Shown in pieces: positions 1-11,569 of a stretch of 64,000 nt of DNA. The translations under genes and the position numbers were made by a program. Numbering within the stretch: the stretch's first letter is position 1; each line of letters begins with the position of its first letter. Origin of the DNA: Carcharhinus longimanus (Eukaryota); NCBI GenBank assembly GCA_030264375.1, contig JASCQW010000081.1, positions 32,582,205 to 32,646,204 on the forward strand. The letters run 5' to 3'. The notes under the pieces were generated by a model. That model searched no databases. It worked only from the letters and a program-made list of their open reading frames with translations, and was not told where the DNA came from.

Positions 1-1000
1 TGGTTTAGCCAAGGATTGTGCCTAGGAATGGAATTATTATTATGACTATGGCATTTGTGATGGCTTTGATGAGATGAAATTGTGGCTTATCCAAGATTGT
101 ATATTGGAAAAGCAATGGCGATACCAACAGGAGCACTGGAGGAATGGGAAGAGATGATGGAAAGTTAGATCTGAGTGCAATCAGTGTACATATGGAAGCT
201 AACCTCAAGGCTTTCCTTGATATTGCTAAGGGCAGCATATGGATGAGAAAGAGCTAAGGATAGATCCTTATGCAAGTACCGAGGTAACAGCATTGTGGCA
301 GGAAGTGTTTGGTGGTAATGTTGATTGTGATTAGATAGGCAAGGATGCAACCAAAGCAAGGCAGTCACACTGAGCAGGACAACGAGGAAAGATGTTGGAG
401 GAGCACAGTTTGGTCAATTACGTCAACGGCTGAGGAAAGGTTAAGAATGGCGTGTGGAGGCTCGGAGAGCAAGTTAAGTAATTGTCAGTTTTGTAGGACT
501 GGGGTTAAAGGAATAAAAGGTGGCTCTCATTTTAAAGATGAGGGTAAAGGGAAAAAGTGAAGAGAGTTCAAGGAGATAGCTGGGAGTGCAGAAATTAATT
601 CAGCAACTAGCCTTTGGCAAAGGAATGAGGTAAAATAATCTATGTTATGTACTAGCCAGTCGCGGCACTTTAAAATGCCAAAAGCAGCTGGCAGGACTTA
701 ATGCTTAGATGGACACAAAAACCAAGGTCCACAACACAGGTAAGAGTTACATTATCTGGTTTCACAATGAAATCCATAGCAACCCAGAGACAGGAGTGAT
801 GGAGGTAAAACAATAAAGCACCTCTAAATGTGAATAAAATGAGGAGAGAGCTCAAAACAAAGCAAGTTCTTCAAATTTATCTAAATTTGGCACGGTCACA
901 TGCAGGACAGTTTGAAAACGCCATGTAAAGGAAAGGGTTAATCTGGGAGTGTAGGAGTAGTTAGAGAAGAGAGTCAGAGTCATCGAAAAAGGGGTTTGAT
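1..1000 (-). mobile_element. Degenerate L2 LINE ORF2 (reverse transcriptase) fragment
   Basis: Minus-strand translation gives ILNLSSAVDVIDQTVLLQHLSS...TALLWLHPCLSNHNQ...VSFHMYTDCTQI, resembling L2 RT motifs (LLDLSAAFDTVDH..LL; ALAWF.SYLSNRSQ; FHMYADDTQL). It has stops and frameshifts; the right boundary is approximate. Confidence 0.75.
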
Positions 1001-1295
1001 TTTATACATGAGTGAGTATTGTTTCCAACTAATAATTAGCCACAGAACATATTTGGTTCAAAAGTCAGAAAATTTCTTCAAACTGAAAAATAAATAACTT
1101 ACAATGAGAAACAGGACTGAATTTCTTAAGAATATATCAGGCACTGTGGATTTCTATTCTGAGAGATGTCATGAGTGAGAGTCATGTGATAATCTCTAAT
1201 GTTGAATTGCGGAATCTTAGCTCTTAAATCTATAACTGTGGAAAGATTTCCAGAACATATTGTAATATGGAATCATTCTCAGTTGTAGAGTCACG

Positions 1296-1418
1296 TGCTG
1301 GATTCTACAGTCTTGCTTGGGCGAGGCAGTAAAATTCTGCCTGAGGCCAATAGAGAAATCCGTTCTATGAACCTCGCCTGCCCTGATTCTGGGGCAGGCG
1401 AGGCAGTAAAATTCCAGC
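1296..1418. mobile_element. About 120-bp MITE (PIF/Harbinger-like non-autonomous element)
   Basis: Terminal inverted repeats gctggattctac / gtaaaattccagc; ggcgaggcagtaaaatt occurs twice internally; related copies at 47283-47407 and 57940-58285. Confidence 0.6.
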
Positions 1419-1419
1419 A

Positions 1420-1592
1420 ATAGAGTTACAGTCATAGAGGTTTCCACACTGTAAACAGGTCCTTCAGACCGACTTGTCCATGCCGACCAGTTTTTACCAC
1501 TAAGCTAGTTCCAAATGCCTGCATTTGGCCCATATCCCTCTATACCCATCTTACCCATGTAACTGTCTAAGTGCTTTTTAAAAGACAAAATT
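1420..1592 (-). mobile_element. CR1-type LINE 3' end running into an assembly gap
   Basis: Near-identical to the CR1 3' region at 20299-20391/20851-20935 and to the reverse complement of 24470-24628 (catatccctctatacccatcttacccatgtaactgtctaagtgc). Confidence 0.85.
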
Positions 1593-1692
1593 NNNNNNNN
1601 NNNNNNNNNNNNNNNNNNNNNNNNNNNNNNNNNNNNNNNNNNNNNNNNNNNNNNNNNNNNNNNNNNNNNNNNNNNNNNNNNNNNNNNNNNNN
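1593..1692. other. Assembly gap (100 N); other gaps at 44632-44667, 45319-45328, 45884-45983, 47778-47796, 52576-52675, 59291-59310, 60258-60267
   Basis: Runs of N in the sequence. Confidence 0.99.
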
Positions 1693-2019
1693 CAAAATCC
1701 CAAATTATTCTGAGTGCAATTTATACTTAAAATTCTCAAAATAAGTGTATTGGTAATGCCAAAGTGACATGAATTGCACCAAGAAAACCAACGCAATCGA
1801 GTGGAAATTTAAAGCCAAAACCTTTGAATATATTTGGAAGCTCCATAATTGTTTGGCATGTTTTTGAATAGACTGAACACTATTTAAAGTCTCCAACACG
1901 ATGGAGAAATAAACCAGCTTTGAATTTGTTCCAGACATCAACAGGAGGACATGTACTCACCAAATGTGTATAGTTAACTGCTATTTTATAGGCTTGCACA
2001 AGAACGGCATTCTTCCACA

Positions 2020-2353
2020 GGGTGGCACGGTGGCACAGTGGTTAACACTGCTGCCTCACAGTGCCAAGGAACTGGTTTCAATTCCAGTCTCGGGTGACAG
2101 TCTGTGTGATGTTTGCACATTCTCCTCATGTCTGCGTGGGTTTCCTCGAGGTGCTCCAGTTTCTGCCCACAGTCCAAAGATGTGTAGGTTAGGTGGATTG
2201 TCCATGCTAAAATTGTCCCTTAGTGTCAGGAGGACTAGCAGGGTAAATACATGGGGTTATGAGGATAGGGCCTGGGATGGAATTGTTGTTGGTCAATGCA
2301 GGCTCGATGGTCCAAATGCCTCCTTCTGCACTGTAGAGATTCTATGATTCTAT
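2020..2353 (+). mobile_element. HE1-type V-SINE, full length, CR1-like tail (tail A)
   Basis: tRNA-like head with A box (tggcacagtgg) and B-box-like ggtttcaattcc; V-domain gtttgcacattctcc..gtgggtttcc..ggtgctcc; tail ending ttctgcactgtagagattctatgattcta. Confidence 0.9.
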
Positions 2354-2439
2354 AACTTCATTACATTTTTAGATTATGTTTTCCATTTCAGTGTTGGCGA
2401 GGGGTCATTTGGCTCATCCAGTTAGATGGCTAGCATGTG

Positions 2440-2763
2440 AATCATTGAAGAATCCCTACAATGCAAAAAGAAGTCATTCGGCCCATTGAGACTGCACCAA
2501 CAACAATCCCTTCATGGCTTTACTCCACTACCTCACACATTTACCCCATTAATCCCTCTAACCTACACATCCCCGGACACTAAGGATCAATTTTGCATGG
2601 CCAATCAACCTAACCTGCACAGTTTTGGACTGTGGGAGGAAACTTACACAGACACACGGAGATTGTGCACATTCCACACAGACAGCGACCCAAGCCGGGA
2701 TTCAAACCGAGGTCCTTGGAGCTGTGAAGCAGCAGTGCTAACCACTGTGTCACCGTGCTGCCC
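2440..2763 (-). mobile_element. HE1-type V-SINE (tail A) nested in an older tRNA-derived SINE (about 2398-2900)
   Basis: Reverse complement of the 2020-2353 family. The flanks join into a different SINE-like head, and atgtg is repeated on both sides (possible TSD). Confidence 0.85.
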
Positions 2764-3494
2764 ATATGTGGCGTAGAATGATTCCACAGGCATGGGTTCA
2801 ATACTCGTACTGGCTGTGATAATTCATGAAGGGCTGTCTCCTTGTCTCACCCCATGCTTGAGAGACATGCCTAGGATCCCTTATGAACTATGGCTAGGAT
2901 TCATGCTTATTACTCTGAAAAATGTTGCTCTAATATAATTTGTTGCTTTCTGTAAATTCTGGTCCGTAATATCTGGCTTTATGTTCTTTCGTTCCACTGG
3001 AATTACTTCCCATGACACATATTGCTCTGTCTGTTAATCTCTAATCCTTTATAGAATATTTGACGTGGTCAAAATAACAGCTATTGGTTACAATGCTTTA
3101 TTGGGAATGGTGAAAACCAGTACTCAGAAAGTACTTGCAATGAAAATATATAAAAGACTTGAAAACATATACGGATGGCCTATGAGCAGCCTTCCACCTG
3201 CCATTGATTGATACCCACTTAATGATCTCATCACGCCTCCCATGTCACCCCTAAAAGAGAAGACACGCACGTTTCACCCGCTCTCCAGCAGTTGGCTGAG
3301 AACACCGTCGCCTCCACAAGATTCCACCCTCAGTACCAATCATTGACAGAGCAGCTTTAAAATAGGGTAGTGATGGTTTAGCATAGATAAGGGTCTACTG
3401 GTATGGTAACACACTGCCAGTGTCATTGATGGATTTATGCATGCTGTCAACAAGTGCATTAATCGCTAAAGAGCACCTCCTACTTCATGCCCTG

Positions 3495-3898
3495 GGAGGG
3501 CAATGGCCAAGTGGTATTATCGCTAGACTATTAATCCAGAAACTCAGCCTGGGAACCCAGCTTCAAATTCCGTCATGGCAGCTGGTGGAATTTGAATTTA
3601 ATAAAAAAAATCTCTGGAATCAAGAGTCTGCTGATGACCTGGGTTCGATTCCCGGTTTGGGTTACTGTCTGTGTGGAGTTTGCATGTTCTTCACGTATCT
3701 GCATGGGTTACCTGCGGGTGCTCCGGTTTCCTCCCACAGTCCAACGATGTGCAGATTAGGTGGATCGGCCATGCTAAATTGACCCTGGTGTCGGGGGATT
3801 AGCTGGGTGAATTACAGGAGTAGGGTCTTGGTGGGATTGTGGTCAGTACAGACTCGATGGACCGAATGATCTCATTCTGTACTGTAAGGATTCTATGA
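3495..3898 (+). mobile_element. Chimera: head of a second tRNA-derived SINE family (3495-3636) joined to a 5'-truncated V-SINE (3637-3898, tail A)
   Basis: The first part matches 40010-40050/40363-40470. The second part starts at the B box gggttcgattccc and carries the V-domain and tail A. Confidence 0.8.
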
Positions 3899-3911
3899 CA
3901 CTACACTGTGG

Positions 3912-4078
3912 AAGAATTTAGCATGGCCAATGCATCTAACCAGCATGCCTTTCAGACTGTGGGAGGAAACCGGAGCACTTAGAGGACATGGGGAGAATGT
4001 ATAGACTCCACACTGACAGTGACTCAAGTTGGGAAGCAAACCAGAGTCCATGGCACGGTGAGGCAGTAATGCTCACCA
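3912..4078 (-). mobile_element. V-SINE fragment
   Basis: ttagcatggccaatgcatctaacc...gggaggaaaccggagcac...gaggcagtaatgct is the reverse complement of the V-SINE head and V-domain. Confidence 0.85.
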
Positions 4079-4162
4079 ATTTGAATGAGACAAAATTTAG
4101 ATGATCTCTCCAATTTTTAAACTTAAACATTCATATATTTTAGTACATTTGGGTCACAAAAA

Positions 4163-4560
4163 CAAGTTGCATTTGTATAGCACTGTTAGCCAAGTAAATC
4201 ATCTCAAGATGCTTCATAGGAGGATGAAAATATGACACCAAAGCCACCTAAGGAGGTAATAGGGCAGATGACAAAACCTGGGTCAAAGAAGTAGATTGTA
4301 AGGGTGGTCTTAAAGAAGGAAAGTTGAGGTCAAAAAGGAAAGAGGTTTATGGAGGGAATTCCAGAGCTTAGGGCCTTGGTAGTTGTAAACATAGTGCATA
4401 AACAATGGTAGCACAATTAAAAATCGGGGATGTTCAAGTGGCCAGAATTGGAGCAGTGTAGTTATCTCAATGGTTTGTATGACTGGAGGAAGTTGCAGAG
4501 ATAGGGAGGAGCGAGGCCCTCATGAAGTGTGAAATCAAGATATGAGAATCAAGGTGCTAC
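4163..4560 (-). mobile_element. L2 LINE 3' end fragment
   Basis: Begins with an L2-type tail (ttgcatttgtatagcac...caagatgcttcatagg), followed by ggagggaattccagagcttagggcc; similar to 42440-43310. Confidence 0.7.
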
Positions 4561-6203
4561 CCAACTGGCATATTATTGACCCAGTTTAATTGATTGGCAG
4601 ATGCCTACAAACAGGATAATTAGCAAAAGGAGGCTTTCAATTGACACGGCTAAATCTTATGGATCCTTTGGGATTGTGGGTTCCCAAACTACTTATTGGT
4701 TTATTTTAGGCACCCTCATATTAGACTGAAGGCATGTCCATCCTAAATATATCTACTGTGTATTAAATGTTGCACACTGCAAATTCCTTGGGTGGGTTTC
4801 CAAGACTGGGGAGTCTGGAATTGGTTGAATTCCTGTCCGCTTTCAGAATCTTATATTGAGGCAGGTGATAATTTTAATTTTCATTGCAAATATTTGAAGA
4901 TCTACTTTCAGTTCCATTTGGCAATTTTTATATGTTTTAAGTCTTATTTTGTATTTGTTTATGGATGAGATGGAAGTGTTTGAGCTATTAATGATACAAA
5001 ATAGCAGGTTACGTTGTTCCACACAAAGGTTGAGATGTTGGCACGATGTTAAGATTGCAAAAGAAAACCAGCATAAGATATCAGTTAACCTCTCTATCTA
5101 TTTGTTTTACAACATGTGAAGTGGCTGACCTCTTAAGTTCAAAGAAACCTAGACTGGAGTTGCAAACAGGATCCATGTCCAGTTTAACACGGCCATGCAG
5201 AGAATTGTGAAGGGCTCAAATTGCTTTTGTTCTACATTTTGCTGCACCGTTAATCTCCCATAGGAACCGCTCCCAACATATCTGCAAATTGAACTGAGTT
5301 TCGTTCCATTAAACTGTGGTAACATTACAGCAACATGCCCAGAATTCATCACTGTAAATATTGCCTCTTGCGGATCCCCTTGGGCCCAAGGAATCCAGTT
5401 TGAAAGCTGATGCTATATTCTCATGTTTGATATATTGTAATGTAACAGGTTTCTGTGTCTCCGTTGCCTGACTCTCGCAGGGCAGAGCTAGTCCACCTTT
5501 TCATCGCAAAATTCAGTGAAGTGCTATGAATGGTTGAATAAAATAAAAGCAGGTTGCTTTGGCACAGAGAAAAAAGCCAGCATCACCACTCAGGCTAGAA
5601 AGACTCTCCGCAAAGCTGAAGCAAAACCAATTTTAATATGCTCCCCTCTGCAAGGTTTAAATCAAATACATGTGCATTCCATAGACAGTAACACTAGGAG
5701 CAACCTCATTATTAAAGACTAACTCCATATCCCGTCGCCTGTCTTACAACTACAGTGAAAAAAAAATGGGGAGAGGAATAGATGGAGCTGCGGATCTGAA
5801 TCACAAATGATGGAGTGTGTTAGAAGTGGCATTCATATATATTCATTACAAAGTGCTGAAGCTGTCAGTCAGATTTTACCATCATTGCTTACACAGTGGA
5901 GTCCCTCCTGCAGACATTGTAAAATCATTTACAATAGCATTTTAATTGGTTTCTTTGTGGACTGTAGGTATTCCACACCATCTGTGAATTCTGCTAACAA
6001 GCCGACCTCACAAGTTGCTCCGAGCTTTCAGACAGGGACTAATCAATACACTATTCTTAAAATTTCTCTTTCAAAGAGTTTGATTGCTTATTATCTGCTC
6101 TTGATAGTATGTTATAACATTTTGTTCTATACAGATCATTTAACATGTAGCTATCTGGAAGATTATTACGACAACATCAGAGCTCAATGTAAATAGTGAC
6201 ACT

Positions 6204-7150
6204 GGCCCAGACTTTTGCCATAATGGAGAGCCTCTGGTGAAGATGGCAGATGAACGTGGAGACATCAAGTCTTGCTCCGGAACTTCCTATTTCCACAGTT
6301 GCAGGACTCAAGTCTGGTTGGGCTTCATGCATGCATGGACTATGGAGGCAACTGGCAACTTATATCACTAACTGCCTCCACTGAAGTGGGGAATTTTGGT
6401 GGGCCAGGAATGTATCACCTAGAATGTACAGATTATGCCAGGCAAGAGCTGGTCCGAATTTGGTGGATTCATTTGGATTGCCAGGGTACCCTTACAGAGA
6501 GGTAGTTACCCATTTGGATATGATTCTGAGATACCTTTTGGAAAGGTAAGGCACCTTTTGGGATAGGAGTGGCAGCCCTTGGTATTATTAAAAGCAAACA
6601 TGATTGTGCATGAAAAGTCAAAACTCATTGGAATTATCAAAGCTGTCAAAGAACTGTCAAAGCTGCTAAAACATCATCAAAGCTGTCAAAGAATTGTCAA
6701 AGAATATTAAGTGATTTGGCATGGAGGGACTAAAGACAAAGGGTGGAGGGTGGGCACATGGGGTTGGCATGAGTTGGCACTAAGCTGGCATGGACCTATG
6801 GAAGGAAACATGGGGTGCACATTGTATATGAGAGTCAAGGAATGGGTAGACGGGCATGGATTAGCATTTGGGGTATAAGGGGCCATTAATGAATGGGTGG
6901 GGGCCATGAGGTGACATAGGATGTCAGGGATGGGCCGGTGAGTCTGTGTGGTGGAGCGAGCAGGTAAAGGTCGATGGTTATTTCAGGTTTCAATCTTGTT
7001 AAAATTTAATTCAACAAAGTATCAGAGCAGAGAGACAGGCCCTCTACCCAGCCTGTCTCCAAACCCAGCAGTATTTGTACTCCTTCCAGATGCAGTGGCC
7101 CAATTTCTAATTCAGCCCATACCACCCACTTCTGGAACAAAAATCAGAAC
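6204..7150. mobile_element. Long Harbinger-like non-autonomous element with an internal ctgtcaaag array
   Basis: Starts ggcccagacttttg and ends aaaatcagaac, like other GGG(C)..ATTTT termini in the window. Internal G-rich segment and ctgtcaaag repeats are shared with 52750-52835. Confidence 0.45.
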
Positions 7151-7154
7151 TGTG

Positions 7155-8616
7155 GGTGACCAGAGAGCATGTGGACAGAAGCCTCCATCTCCAACGCCAT
7201 TCTACTGAGGGCCTCTGACACCTCTGATTGATGCTCCGATGCGCCTCTCTGAATGTGCAACATATTTTCTATGGCCACTTTCAGAGGCTCATCATCAGAC
7301 TTGGAGTTAGCAGATCCTGGTCTCTAGCAGCCCTCTGAGTACCAGAGACTTTGAGTGTCACTGCCTCTGCTTGCTGTGGCCATGCATGAGTGAAATGTGA
7401 CCCCGAGCCTAAACTAGATCTTCGTCCCACCAAAGTGTGTATCTCTGGGCTGTTGGAAGGTGCAGCTGGATGCTGTGACGGCTCTATAGGTATGAAGGCA
7501 TGATCTTCTTACTCTGTGGAGGCTGTTTGCTGGGGCTGTCTTCAGAGTGGGACTCTTCCTCTTCCTGCTGGCACCTGCCATAGTGAAAAGAGAGAATGAG
7601 TGATTGCCCGGGCTGGCTCAAACACCGCATGCATCGATCATTTTCCAAAGTTCTCGGAATAATGGGTGCCTCCTCACTGAAGTTGGGAAAGGCAAACCTC
7701 ATCTTTGGCTTGGGCATGGCCTTGATCCTCCTCAGCCAGCTCTGCAATCCCTTCTTGAATTCACTAGTGGGGGGGGGGGGGCGCATCTGTGGCCCCCCAC
7801 CTCCCGTCTTCTCTCTTTCCTTCCTCTTGTGGATGGTCTTCTCCTGAAAGGCAGATGGATGGATTGTGAGCAGGGTTTGATGATAGAGTAGGTCATAGGC
7901 TGCTAATTCTATGGTTGCTAACTGATCTTCTGACTCCCCAAAGCCTGACCACTATCTACGAGGCACAGGTCAGGAGTGTGATGGAGTACTCTCCATTGCC
8001 TACATGAATGCAATTCCAGAAAGAGTTAACAAGATAAACAGTTTCCGGGGCAAAACAGCCTGCTTGATTTGCGCCCCATTCACCATCTTCAACATTCACT
8101 CCGTCCACCACCAATGCAGCCTGGCAGCAGTGTGCACTGCAGTAACTCAGCAAGGCCCCTTTGATTTTTTTTTCCAAACTGTGAGCTCTATTAGCTAAAT
8201 GGGCAAGGACAGCCAGCGCACAGGAAGAGGAGCATCTGAAAGTTGCCCACCACTCCACCCCTCTTCACCGTCCCCTCACTGTGGCTGGGTCAAAATGGCC
8301 TAGACAGCAACACCTACGACATAATCACAAAATGAGTGGTGACGTGAGTTTAGAGTGAGTGGAAAGTTCACTTGCCTTCGTAGTGCGGGTTAGATTATTG
8401 ATTCGTTTCCTGCACTGTAGGGCAGTCTCCCTTTGGACTTCATGGGCACCGGCCACCCCGGTGACCTCCTCCCAGGCTGCCATCGTCAGTCAGGGGAATG
8501 TCCTGTTGCAATCCTTTGGAAAGAGGAGATCCTGCTTTTCCTCAATGGCCTGGAGGAGAACCTGAAGGAGGCGTTGTGAAATGGTGGGCCCCAAGTGGCT
8601 GCTTTCTGCTGCAAAT
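7155..8616 (-). pseudogene. Decayed PIF/Harbinger Myb/SANT (MSANTD/NAIF1-like) gene with three exons (about 8616-8376, 7843-7678, 7574-7155)
   Basis: Exon 1: LQVLLQAIEEKQDLLFPKDCNRTFP*LTMAAWEEVTGVAGAHEVQRETALQCRKRINNLTRTTK. Exon 2 follows acceptor ctttcag: EKTIHKRKEREKTGGGGPQMRP. Exon 3 follows ctatggcag and ends ..SDDEPLKVAIENMLHIQ..SEALSRMALEMEASVHML. It contains a stop and frameshifts. A TIR-like end (ggaaaattccatcc) lies at about 8816. Confidence 0.8.
7937..8300 (+). mobile_element. LINE (CR1/L2 group) RT C-terminal fragment inserted in intron 1 of the Myb/SANT gene
   Basis: Translates LTTIYEAQVRSVMEYSPLP; same family as 16865-17495 and 9195-9535. Confidence 0.75.
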
Positions 8617-9194
8617 CTTCCTACAATGGTCCTGGCATTGCGTGGCTGATCTTCTGTCCATCCTGCCGTAAGACCTGATGTGAATCGTGTGCATGCATAA
8701 ATTATGACAATGGGAGTGCACAATTGTATGTAATAACCCACCCCATTCAGCAGCGCAAGTCACTCCGACTCCGTGTAGCTGCCGCGGGACTGGTCCCGGA
8801 GAGGAAAATTCCATCCTGAATCTCATCCAACCAGAGTTGGCCCCCTAATACAAGTAAGGAAAAGATTCCATTCAACTGAATACCTGGACATGTGTATATA
8901 TATAAGGCAGAAACCTTTTTATGGCATTCAGATAGTTTACTTAGTGAATAATAGATATCTAGATTATTATTATATAAGGATATGCCGTATTCCATTTAAT
9001 GCCTTTTTAAAAACTATATGAAATTTATTCCATTGCTGAGGTACATTCACGTTGATGCCTGGAAAGATTTACACGGCAATTTGTCTTTCTAGCTGGATAA
9101 ATCCTAAAAATTGATAACTGCTATTTTAGTCTTGAGATTGAATTCAATAACATAATTTTTACGTGAAAACAACGGATTTTACTCCAGTATTTCT

Positions 9195-9535
9195 TCCTTT
9201 TATTCATTCGTGGGACATGGGCGTCACTGGCTGGCCATCATTTATTGCCCACCCCTAGTTGCCCCTGAGAAGGTGGTGGTGAGCTGCCTTCTTGAATCGC
9301 TGCAGTCCATGTGCCGTGGGTTGACCCACAATGCCGTTAGGAAGGGAATTCCAGGGTTTTGACCCAGTGACTGCGAAGGAACAGTGATATATTTCCAAGT
9401 CAGCATGGTGAGTGGCTTGGAAGGGAACTTGCAGGTGGTGGTGTTCCCATGTATCTGCTGCCCTTGTCTTTCTAGATGGAAGTGGTCATGGGTTTGTAAA
9501 GTGCTGTCCAAGAATCTTTGGTGAATTGCTGCATT
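9195..9535 (-). mobile_element. LINE 3' end (family with gggcaactaggg(a)tgggcaataaat tail)
   Basis: The minus strand reads ..ttcaagaaggcagctcaccaccaccttctc..ggcaactaggggtgggcaataaatg..gaatgaataaaa, matching 16865-17150 and 19250-19365. Confidence 0.8.
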
Positions 9536-9715
9536 CTGTGAAAGCTAATGCAACTTCTGTTGCACGGAAAGCATTAATGGTCACTGCCAGTTGTCAATAT
9601 GTATGCCATAAGGAAAGATAAACAGTGACGATATTCACTGAAAAATATTTAATGCTAATAAAGAAAGAAGAATCATATGCAGAATGAAATTGCGGACTGT
9701 TATGAGAATTAGGAA

Positions 9716-10032
9716 CATAGAATCCCTACAGTGCAGAAGGAGGCCATTCAGCCTATCCAGTCTGCACTGACCATAATCCCACCCTGGCCCTTTCCCCATA
9801 ACCCCACCTATTTACCTTAGCTAATCGTCCTGGCACTGAGGAGCAATTTTAGCATGGCCAACCCACCTTACCTGCACGCCTTTGGACTGTGGGGGAAACC
9901 AGAACACCCAGAGGAAACCCATGTGGACACGAGGAAGACGTGCAAACTCCACACGGACACTCATCCAAAGCCAGAATCGAACCTGGGTTCCTGTTAGGCT
10001 GCAGCGCTAATCACTGTGCCACCGTGCTGCCC
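9716..10032 (-). mobile_element. HE1-type V-SINE (tail A)
   Basis: Full head, V-domain and catagaatccctacagtgcagaagg tail, in reverse complement. Confidence 0.9.
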
Positions 10033-10832
10033 AGTAGAGGTGGCCTTAATAGCAAAATTAAAGCAATGTCCATTAAAGCAAAACAAGGGGAATCTTCCTT
10101 TATAATGGATCTAGATGGATGAGTACATCATAAGGCAAGAATCCAGTAGAGGATAATGACACATTTAATCTTCAGACAGTGGACCAGTGGGACCAAGCTC
10201 ATTTCAAAGACCCTTGTGAGTTTGAGCAGATAAGTCTTTGGAATCCAAGCAGATGTCTTGATGCAAAACATTAGTTTGAGGCTTCTAGTCTGACTGAGGC
10301 AAACTACCAGTGAGCATGGGGGTAGGAGTTGTGGGGGAAGGTGGGCAGTGGTTGATGGTTATGACTGGAAAACACTTCAGGGGCTCCACAAACACTTGCT
10401 TATGGCAGGCCCATTCTATTCCATGTGGAACTGCTCGGAACATGTGGCACACAGGTCCCAACCAAAACTTCAATTGAAGTCCTATTTGCTTCACAGGGTG
10501 CCAATTTCTAATTTCAAATCTTTGGAAATATTCAGGAGCCTTTGAACACCAGGATTCTTTGGCCCTCCTACCTGGTGGGATATTACGGTCCCACTGGAGT
10601 AAGCGGTTAATTGACTGGCTTGCCGCATCTTCCAGGGCTGCTGTTGGGGGGGTGGTGCGGGTGGGGAAGGAGGAGGAGACATAACAGTGGGACATAAAAT
10701 TCTGGCCTTAGTGATAGGCCTCTTTCAAAATGGAGGTTATCAAATCATTGGAACTAATAGGACAATAAGGGTACCGTGAATAAAAACAGAAAATGCTGTT
10801 TTTGTTTCAGATTTTTGCAGTATTTTGCTTTT

Positions 10833-11016
10833 AAAGTTTATTTATTAGTGTCACAAGTAGGCTTACATTAACAACACGATGAAGTAATTGTGAAAATCCC
10901 CGAGTCGCCACGCTCCGGCTCCTGTTCAGGTACACTGAGGGAGAATTTAGCATGATCAATGCACCTTACCAGCTCGTCTTTCAGACTGTGGAAGGAAGCC
11001 GGAGCACCCGGAGGAA

Positions 11017-11051
<35 letters not shown>

Positions 11052-11141
11052 AAGACTCTACACAGACAGTGAACCACGCCAGGAATCAAACCCGGGTCCC
11101 TCTTAAGACTGCTGTAAGACAGCAGTGCTAACCACCGTGCC
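10833..11141 (-). mobile_element. V-SINE with alternative tail B, containing a (CA)n microsatellite at about 11021-11049
   Basis: Head and V-domain as in HE1, but the tail is aaagtttatttattagtgtcacaagtaggcttacattaac...gtcgccac on the plus strand; the CA run sits inside the V-domain. Confidence 0.88.
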
Positions 11142-11569
11142 TTATATTAATAAGGGAAACAGCCTGTAAACACCGAGATGCAGATCATGAAAATTGACAC
11201 TAAAGTCTTTGAAATATTCCTCATTTACTGGGTATCTAGCTGTGATCTTCTAGTGGACAGTCTGCCTTTAATACTTACATCAGGAATGATGTAAAAAAAT
11301 TATAATCAATGCTTTTATTTGTCAATAGTGAGAGACATGATGCAAGGCCACAGGACATATCAGGTTGAAGGACCTTTTGTAATCCTAGGGTTGTTAGCAT
11401 GGATCAACTTTTGATGTCCTGTTTCACAGAATAAAGGTGAATTAGAGAATTGGTCAACTTTATAAATATGTCCTTTGCACTAAGTAAAACAGATCACATT
11501 ACTGGTTAAGGCAACCTATTCAGTTACTTATAACACCGATAAGTTGATGGTACTGGTATTATTTGATAT

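Noticed and set aside
2020-2095. tRNA-like sequence with A and B boxes
   Set aside because: It is the tRNA-derived head of a SINE and continues into the V-domain, so it is not a tRNA gene.
1964-2347. 127-aa ORF and many similar ORFs (GGTVAQWL..CVEFA..GFPPGAPVSSHSPK)
   Set aside because: These are translations of V-SINE copies; the same pseudo-peptide recurs wherever the SINE occurs.
6636-6702. CRISPR-like repeat/spacer pattern
   Set aside because: There are only two short repeats in eukaryotic DNA, with no unique spacer series and no cas genes.
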